Source: Candidatus Latescibacterota bacterium (GTDB lineage Bacteria > Latescibacterota > UBA2968 > GCA-2709665). From it: a stretch of 64,000 nucleotides of DNA. The notes under the pieces are model-generated. The model did not search any database and was not told where the DNA came from. It saw only the letters and a program-made list of their open reading frames with translations. The stretch covers positions 3,360,001 to 3,424,000 of the forward strand of contig OZ252100.1 in assembly GCA_965248435.1 (NCBI GenBank), given 5' to 3'. This document shows positions 57,493 through 64,000 of this stretch, one piece after another (position 1 is the first letter of the stretch; every line of letters starts with the position of its first letter). A program made the position numbers and the translations under genes.

Positions 57493-58980
57493 TTACGAAG
57501 GATCCGGTCTGCGGACGATCGCCACGATGGAGAGACCTGGTAGAGGAAGTATCTGATCCAGGATTCGCCAGAGCCAGACGAAACTGTCGAAGAACTTCAG
57601 CTGAAGTTTTCCAAACCTCCTCCGCCTGAAAATCTTCCCATTGATCAACCACGCGATAAGCCCGATTCGATTCAGGGAAAAGAGGCGTTCAACCCTGAAT
57701 CCCACCTCTTCGCACGCAGCCTGCAACGTCTTCCTGGAGTATCGCCGCCGAAACTGGAGCACGCGGTCGAGGGATCCGTAGAGCCACTGCCCTTGTGACG
57801 CGAGAATGATGGCCGTCCCACCGGGCATCAGAGCCTGGTGAATGTTTGTGAGCGCCTGTCGATCATCCTCCAGAAGTTCGAGGACGTTCAAACAGAGGAC
57901 GGTGTCGACCCTTCGAACGGGATCCGGCGCCTCGCTCTTCTCAGGATCGATTTCCTTCACGTCCATCCAATCGTAGGCCCCGAACCGACTCTGCAGATAC
58001 TCGACATTCAGAGGATCGGAATCACTCAACGTGTATGAGCTTCGAGGAAGCAACTTCATCGTGATGCTGCCGAGCCCGGCATTGATCTCCCAGACATTTT
58101 CTCCGACCCAAGGGGAGACAGTTTCTGCAACCCACTTTCTGGCGCGATGTGTTTGAGAAAGGCTGTAGAGGGCCGCGCGCCCGTGATGTTCGGTGTAGAT
58201 GTCGTCTACGAGCCAGAAATAGATGATTGTCCACAAGGCCCCGAAGCCGTCGCGCCACTTTATCTTTTTTCCTTCATCCTGACTTCGTCCACGATACGAG
58301 ATAGGCACTTCGTAGATTCGGCATCCTCTCTTGGAGAACTTGGCGGTCAACTCGGGTTCGATGTTGAATCGGTGAGACCGGAGTGGTATGGATTTCAGGA
58401 TGCTGCTTTTCACTGCCTTGTAGCAGGTCTCCATATCGGTGAGGACCAGGTCTGTGAAAATGTTGGATACGACTGTGAGGAACCAGTTTCCGAACGCGTG
58501 CCAGAAGAAGTGCACTTGGCGATATTCACTGGAGAGGAATCGTGATCCATATACGACGTCTGCGTCTCCGTTGATGATCGGCAAAAGCAGACTTCCGTAG
58601 TCCCTGGGATCGTATTCCAGATCGGCGTCTTGTATCAAGCAGATGTCGCCTGTCGCGTGCTGGATTGCGGTCTGAATCGCAGCGCCCTTTCCCTGATTGC
58701 TCTCGTGGCGGAAGAGTCGCAGCGACCCGGGCTTGCTGGCCCGCAATCTCCCCAGTATTTCCCACGTCCCGTCTTCTGAGCAATCATCGACGATGATCAA
58801 TTCCCTGCTCATTCCAGCGGGAAGGGGCGCATCCAGGACCTGCTGGATGAGCTGCTCGATGAAATAGCGTTCGTTGAAGACGGGAATCAGGACACTTACG
58901 CTGCGAAAGTCCACGTAGGGAACCCCTGTATCTCGTGTCTCATGACGTTGCTCAATCAGGTCGTGTCGAACACTCTGCAT
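57493..58980 (-). CDS. GT2 glycosyltransferase fused to a class I methyltransferase-like domain
   Basis: VDDCSEDG, QDADLEY, DMETCYK, then WEINAGLG and DTVLCLNVLE. Confidence 0.88.
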   Translation of the reverse strand: MQSVRHDLIEQRHETRDTGVPYVDFRSVSVLIPVFNERYFIEQLIQQVLDAPLPAGMSRELIIVDDCSEDGTWEILGRLRASKPGSLRLFRHESNQGKGAAIQTAIQHATGDICLIQDADLEYDPRDYGSLLLPIINGDADVVYGSRFLSSEYRQVHFFWHAFGNWFLTVVSNIFTDLVLTDMETCYKAVKSSILKSIPLRSHRFNIEPELTAKFSKRGCRIYEVPISYRGRSQDEGKKIKWRDGFGALWTIIYFWLVDDIYTEHHGRAALYSLSQTHRARKWVAETVSPWVGENVWEINAGLGSITMKLLPRSSYTLSDSDPLNVEYLQSRFGAYDWMDVKEIDPEKSEAPDPVRRVDTVLCLNVLELLEDDRQALTNIHQALMPGGTAIILASQGQWLYGSLDRVLQFRRRYSRKTLQAACEEVGFRVERLFSLNRIGLIAWLINGKIFRRRRFGKLQLKFFDSFVWLWRILDQILPLPGLSIVAIVRRPDPS

Positions 58981-59013
58981 GAATAACGCGGTAGCGTAAG
59001 GCCTTTGTTCGGC

Positions 59014-59745
59014 CTATTTCTCTCTCCGCAGGTAACCGCTGGGATTGCACGTCATCAGGAGCTTTTCTCTCGTCCGGTCAACCCTAAATCCGTCATTCAC
59101 CTGAATGAATTCTTCGATTGCTTCCATCGGGCCCGGCCCATGTTCGGGAAGAACCGGATGTCCATTGACGTTAGAGTCCTCGACGATGAGGTAATTTCCT
59201 ACGGTCACGAGCTTGCTGTAAATAGCCAACTCTTTGAGCACATGGTCCTTCTTGTGATCTGAATCCAGAATGACCATAACGTTATTGGAGTTGCCCTCTA
59301 TCTCCTGGTAAAGCCTCTGCAGGGTATGATCGGCTGTTGACGATCCGGTGATGTATGTGATGCGTTTATGTTCCGGGCGAGGTTTGCTGTGATCTATGTC
59401 GATCGTCACGATTCTGCCGTGATCCACCAGATCACAGACGGATGCAATGTAGAGCGCGCTTCCACCGTAGCAGGTTCCCGTTTCGATGATGACGTCGGGC
59501 CTCAGTTCGAAGATGATCTCCTGGTAGATCCACAAGTCCAGTGGGCATTTGGTAATCCTCACGCCCAGGAACGTCGTGTTGTTCCACGTCTCGCCGAACG
59601 CTTCAGATTCGTAGTAGAGCCGATGGAACTGATTGATGACATCATCCCGGACTTTAGGTCTGAGGTAAGCGGCCTTGAGGAGAGAACGACGAAATGTTCT
59701 TGCCTCAGCAATTACACGCTGAAGCAGGTTCGCTGCGATTCCCAT
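59014..59745 (-). CDS. CmcI-family (cephalosporin hydroxylase / sugar O-methyltransferase) protein
   Basis: KCPLDLWIYQEII, IIETG, LDSDH, YLIVED. Confidence 0.9.
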   Translation of the reverse strand: MGIAANLLQRVIAEARTFRRSLLKAAYLRPKVRDDVINQFHRLYYESEAFGETWNNTTFLGVRITKCPLDLWIYQEIIFELRPDVIIETGTCYGGSALYIASVCDLVDHGRIVTIDIDHSKPRPEHKRITYITGSSTADHTLQRLYQEIEGNSNNVMVILDSDHKKDHVLKELAIYSKLVTVGNYLIVEDSNVNGHPVLPEHGPGPMEAIEEFIQVNDGFRVDRTREKLLMTCNPSGYLRREK

Positions 59746-59778
59746 GGGGTTCCACCTCCCTTTAGCGGCGATCCCGGA

Positions 59779-60897
59779 CTAAACCGCATCCAGTACCGTC
59801 TCGAGTTCTTTTGCCAGGACCCGATATTCAAAGAGACGTTTCGCGACGCCTACCCGCTTGTCCGCTCCTTCAAACAGGCTTCTATCCTGAATCAGGGTTC
59901 TGAGTGTATCGGCCAGTCTTGGGGGATATGTATCGTCCTTCACGCCGTCGTATGGCAAGAGCTTTCCGATCCGTTCGTCCTTGAGGATCGTTGCTGCGGC
60001 TCCGACTTCCGTCGAGACGATGTAGCGGCCTAGCGCGAGGTATTCAGGTAGTTTCCCGGTCGTTCTTACCCATCCACACGGGTTGTTCGGTTGTGTCAGC
60101 AGACAGATGTCGATCAGACTCAAGTGGTCCGGAAGGCGCTCGTAGGGAACCCTCCCGAAAAACTTGAACCGATCACCAATCTCGAGTTGGTCCGCACGCC
60201 GTTTGAGCATGGGGAGACCGGTTCCGTCTCCGATCAAGAGACCTACCACTGGAAGGTCCCTCAGCAGGGAGATCGCCTCCACGAGTTCCCAACCGTTGCA
60301 CGCCTGGGTCTTCCTGTTCCAGTGGGTCGTCCCGACCAGACCTATCGTCGTAACATCCTGAAGTCCGAGGTGTTCCCTGAGTTCCGTTACTTCTCTGGGA
60401 TAGGAAAAAGCGGTATCCACCCCGTCGGGGATGTAGGAAACGTTTCGATAACTTTGTTTCTGCAGCAGCTTTTTGTGTAGAGTCCCACGTACGACGATCG
60501 CATCAGAAAGGAAGAGCGACAGATCTTCAGTAATTTTCTTTATCGCACGACGAAGGATGGAGTTTCCTTCCGCGACGGCCAGATCGTAGACCAGATCTCC
60601 CGTGTCGATGACAAAGCGAACTCTGAACAGGTATTTTGCCGCGACGCCTGCGAGCAGGTTGATCGGTCCGATGTCGATCACGTAGAGGAGGGCGATCCTG
60701 TTCCAAAGCAGTCGATGGATCAAAGACGAAAGGCCCAGCAGTCTTCGCCACGGGCCGGGGCGCACAGAAAGGCACTCTGCTTTCGCGAGGTATCGTGCGC
60801 TGACTCCATTGAGATGTCGCGCAAACCCTTGTGACCGGCTTGCCATCGGGTGCAACGCGTGAGATACAAGAAACAAGACTTTCCTGACTTGCGGCAA
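59779..60897 (-). CDS. Glycosyltransferase family 4-like
   Basis: IPDGVD, IGDG, GRVPY, KLPEYLALG. Confidence 0.82.
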   Translation of the reverse strand: MPQVRKVLFLVSHALHPMASRSQGFARHLNGVSARYLAKAECLSVRPGPWRRLLGLSSLIHRLLWNRIALLYVIDIGPINLLAGVAAKYLFRVRFVIDTGDLVYDLAVAEGNSILRRAIKKITEDLSLFLSDAIVVRGTLHKKLLQKQSYRNVSYIPDGVDTAFSYPREVTELREHLGLQDVTTIGLVGTTHWNRKTQACNGWELVEAISLLRDLPVVGLLIGDGTGLPMLKRRADQLEIGDRFKFFGRVPYERLPDHLSLIDICLLTQPNNPCGWVRTTGKLPEYLALGRYIVSTEVGAAATILKDERIGKLLPYDGVKDDTYPPRLADTLRTLIQDRSLFEGADKRVGVAKRLFEYRVLAKELETVLDAV

Positions 60898-60935
60898 TCG
60901 TTTCTCCAGATTCCCAGGACGAGAGGCCGTTTAGA

Positions 60936-61994
60936 TCAGGCGAATCCGGCCGCAGCGTAGGCCTTGTCCAGCAGATGTCCCACGTGATCCCAGCGGAAAA
61001 CCCTCCGGGCGTAACGTTGTGCCTCTGGATGAATTTCGGCCTGAAAGGTTTCGAGGACGACCCTGCGGATGTCAGCGGGCGAGCGGGGATCGAAATAGGC
61101 TGCATACTCCCGGAAGTATTCTTCGGTCGTTCCACGACGGGTGATCGCCACTTTGGTCGCTGCCAGCAGGGCCTCCATGGCCACCATACAGGGGTACTCA
61201 AAATAGCTGGGAATCACAAGGGTATTCGCCGCAACGAGGGCCGAAGCCAGGATAGGGTCGGCTGGATCCAGAACCCCGATGAAAAGTGTGCCCTCCGGTG
61301 CCTCACGCCTGCATTGTTCATAATAGCCTTCCTGACCGTCGGCCGGTCCGCCGATGAAGACCATCGGCAGGCCGGTCTCTCCCAACGCACGGACCATTCC
61401 GAGCTGGTTCTTCTGCGCAGAGTCGAAACGTCCGACGCACAGAAGAAAGTTCGAGATCCCGAATTTCTGTTCGAACGGCTCCGCGCTTGAATGACCGAAT
61501 CGATCATCGACGCCGCACGGGACGATGTGCATCTTCTCCTCAGAACAACCAAACAGATTTATGAGGAGCTGTTTTTCTCCTTCGGAGTTCGGCAGGATCA
61601 GGTCCGCCATTTCGAGCATCTGCCGCGTCTGAACGGGGGGCAATTTCAGGTATGGGATTCGGCTAAGCAGCTTTCGATACAGGCGCTCGGTAAAAGGGTC
61701 TTCCGGGATCCAGTACATCGTGGTCACTGCCAGACGTTTATTGAACCTCTTTATCGTCTTGAACCATTCCCAATTGCTGTAATGAAATCCGAAATGATGG
61801 ATCAAGTCAAAGTCGGACAGATCCTGTTTCCACGGATCGAAGCGTTCGACATCGCGTCCGGAGTCGCGTAGGTATTCGTAGGACTTCGTCAGGGTCATCA
61901 GGCCGCCGCCGAATCCCAGAAGCATGGATGGATTTCCAAAAATCCCGATTTTCACGGATGCCTTTCCCGGTGATGACTTAGGAAGCTCGTTCAA
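60936..61994 (-). CDS. Glycosyltransferase family 4
   Basis: PNSEGE, VGRF..QKNQ, PSYFEYPCMVAMEA. Confidence 0.85.
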   Translation of the reverse strand: MNELPKSSPGKASVKIGIFGNPSMLLGFGGGLMTLTKSYEYLRDSGRDVERFDPWKQDLSDFDLIHHFGFHYSNWEWFKTIKRFNKRLAVTTMYWIPEDPFTERLYRKLLSRIPYLKLPPVQTRQMLEMADLILPNSEGEKQLLINLFGCSEEKMHIVPCGVDDRFGHSSAEPFEQKFGISNFLLCVGRFDSAQKNQLGMVRALGETGLPMVFIGGPADGQEGYYEQCRREAPEGTLFIGVLDPADPILASALVAANTLVIPSYFEYPCMVAMEALLAATKVAITRRGTTEEYFREYAAYFDPRSPADIRRVVLETFQAEIHPEAQRYARRVFRWDHVGHLLDKAYAAAGFA

Positions 61995-62032
61995 CCGCTC
62001 TTCAAAGGTCCTTCAACTGGTAATCGATCGTG

Positions 62033-62081
62033 ACCCACCCCGTCCCGGCTTTGCCGGGACACCCCTCCCTTGGAGGGGATT
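62033..62081. repeat. REP-like double hairpin
   Basis: ACCCACCCC, GTCCCGGC-TTT-GCCGGGAC, CCCCTCC-CTT-GGAGGGG. Confidence 0.7.
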
Positions 62082-62200
62082 TGGTGACGAGATAAACTTC
62101 ACAAGATGCAGGATACGGATTTACACACCGCAGCCCAGATGGCATTCAGCGGCGCAATAGAGGTCATTACCTTAGCCTCAACATTCGGCGAAGAACTTTT

Positions 62201-63670
62201 TCATACAGGGTCGGTCCCCGCCCTCAAGGCGGTCCAGACCGTTCGCAACTCTTCCACGAGCGTACGACGTTCGATCGAAAAGAGGGCGGCCGCATAGGCC
62301 AGGGAAAAGATGAGACCTCCCGCGATCACTTCGATCAGGTCAGGGAGGTGTGCAATGGGTTCAGCGACGGCCAGACGGACACCCAGACCCACGCACGCCG
62401 CTATGAGCGGGGGCACGAAGGTGGGTGCCAGAGGCAAGTCCACATATTTTCGAGTGTAACGCAGGGCCAACGCGAGGCCGATCAGGGCCATCACGTCCAT
62501 GCTGATCGCGGTGCCCTCGACGCCTAGTCTGGACGTGAGAATCGGGGCAACGATCAAAAGGAGGCCAGCCTGTACGGAGGCAAACCCGGCGATGCTCTTG
62601 GACGCACCTACTGCCAGGAACAGCGTATGGATGTCATCCAAGAGCGGCCTGCAGAGGGAATATAAGATCAGGTACCGGAGGACAGGGACCATCGGCAGCC
62701 AGTTTTCTCCCAGGAGAATTCGGGTCAGGGCCGGGGCTTCCAGGACAAGAACGAGCGAAATTGCGATCGTGGATCTCAGGACGAGCCTCAGGGCGCGGCG
62801 AAACGCAGCAGAAAGCCGCTTCCTGTCATCTTGATACCGTGCATAGACGGCGCCTGTCACACTCAGGATGGTGTGGGTGACGGCTCCACTCGGGATTTGC
62901 GAAAAGGTATGCGCCCGTGCGTAGAATCCAAGAACTGCCGTCCCGAGCACCGTGCCCACGATGAATTTATCAACCTGCAGGATCAGGACCTGCAAAACCC
63001 CCCCGATCCAAAACCATAATCCATATCCGATCAGCTTCCGTGCTCCTTCCGCATCGAACTCACGGAGTCGACGCAACGGCAGCGGGCGAAAGCGCCAAAC
63101 GACACTACAGTAAACCACAACGTAGCCGATGCTGTTGGCCCAGTATCCGAACATAAGTGACCAGATCCCGCCACCCAGATAGGCCACGGCCGCGGCCACG
63201 ACTGCAGCTGTGACTGTTCCCATGGCGTGCGAAAGGGCCAGGGGGCCGAATTCGAGGTCCCGTCTCAGCTGCGTCTCAGAAGTCACAGCTGCCGTTCTGA
63301 AGAGGTCGAAGACGGCAAAGATGACCAGGGCAGTCGCCGTTGTCCCGCTGTAGGTGAAGAAGGCGAGCCCCACGGCCGCAAACGCACTTAATGAGCCCAG
63401 CCCCATGTTGAGAACGAGATGGGTCGGGGCGAGTTCGTCGACGCGATCGTGTTCGTGGAGCAACGCAAAATGGAGGCCGAGGCTTCGCAGGGAAACGAGA
63501 ATGGCGAAGACGGCCAGGGAGAGATCAACCTGACCAAACTCCTCCTCAGTCAGCGTGCGCGCGAGTAGAAAAAAGGCCGCCAGGTTGGTCAACCGGCCGA
63601 CGTAGGCGCCGCTCATGGTTTGAAAAGCGCCTCTGACGATCGGGCGGACTGGGACCGGCTCTTCACCCAT
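62201..63670 (-). CDS. Oligosaccharide flippase (Wzx/PST family)
   Basis: About 12-14 TM helices, LARTLTEEEFG, DKFIVG..LG...LGFY. Start ATG 63670 or 63679. Confidence 0.88.
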   Translation of the reverse strand: MGEEPVPVRPIVRGAFQTMSGAYVGRLTNLAAFFLLARTLTEEEFGQVDLSLAVFAILVSLRSLGLHFALLHEHDRVDELAPTHLVLNMGLGSLSAFAAVGLAFFTYSGTTATALVIFAVFDLFRTAAVTSETQLRRDLEFGPLALSHAMGTVTAAVVAAAVAYLGGGIWSLMFGYWANSIGYVVVYCSVVWRFRPLPLRRLREFDAEGARKLIGYGLWFWIGGVLQVLILQVDKFIVGTVLGTAVLGFYARAHTFSQIPSGAVTHTILSVTGAVYARYQDDRKRLSAAFRRALRLVLRSTIAISLVLVLEAPALTRILLGENWLPMVPVLRYLILYSLCRPLLDDIHTLFLAVGASKSIAGFASVQAGLLLIVAPILTSRLGVEGTAISMDVMALIGLALALRYTRKYVDLPLAPTFVPPLIAACVGLGVRLAVAEPIAHLPDLIEVIAGGLIFSLAYAAALFSIERRTLVEELRTVWTALRAGTDPV

Positions 63671-64000
63671 ACTTGACATCCCGCCGGCCCCACCACATCC
63701 AGGCGAACGCGCCGGCCAGTAGCAACAGCGTTGAGGAGAGGGTAATCCACGCAGAAACGGCGGCGACGGGGTCGTGATATCGAAGTTCCACACGGTGGTT
63801 TCCCGCGGGTAGGGAAACGGCCTTCCACAGATAGTTGGCCCGGACCAACCGGGTTTCAATTCCATTTACAAACGCGCGCCAATTGGGATGGTAATTTTCG
63901 GAAATAACCAGCACTCTGGGGCCGGGGGTCTCAACCTGGAGATCGATAAGACCTCGGCGGGAGTCGTAATCCGTGCGCCGGATCTGTGCTTCTCCTGTCT
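63663..64000 (-). CDS. YfhO-family membrane protein, C-terminal part (5'-partial)
   Basis: LVISENYHPNWRAFVNG..RANYLWKAVSLPAGNHRVELRY then a TM helix. Confidence 0.8.
   Translation of the reverse strand, partial: TGEAQIRRTDYDSRRGLIDLQVETPGPRVLVISENYHPNWRAFVNGIETRLVRANYLWKAVSLPAGNHRVELRYHDPVAAVSAWITLSSTLLLLAGAFAWMWWGRRDVKYG

Overview
Bacterial chromosomal window (GC-rich, diderm; the gene set would fit an FCB-associated candidate phylum, but the taxonomy is only inferred). It contains, in order: (1) 1-9.6 kb, an export module with an M50-peptidase/adaptor fusion, a putative beta-barrel protein, a frameshifted Ig-like lipoprotein, TolC, a C-terminally truncated SecA paralogue and a membrane-fusion protein, with no ABC ATPase in view; (2) a stand-alone LigD phosphoesterase; (3) 10.3-15.3 kb, a selenium operon: MetE-like Zn enzyme, transglutaminase-like protein, selenoneine synthase senA, selenosugar synthase senB, GNAT and a small membrane protein. 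Two of these genes are split by an in-frame TGA, each followed by a SECIS-like hairpin: one replaces the Zn-ligand Cys of the MetE-like enzyme, the other lies in the interdomain linker of SenB. This is the most notable system in the window; (4) housekeeping and energy genes (dnaK, sucC, gpmI, acnA, NtrC-type regulator, Rieske/cytochrome b/multiheme c, mdh, rpmA, rplU, Rne/Rng, moeA, moaC, tRNA-Lys, HDOD protein plus histidine kinase, sat, TPR protein, rsmB, clpP, Ahb-like, serS); (5) 53-64 kb, a surface-glycan cluster. There are three consensus sigma-54 promoters, one driving an unannotated 57-aa ORF, and several short intergenic repeat families. No CRISPR, IS or integrase was seen. All calls come from motif recognition by eye; no searches or folding programs were run.
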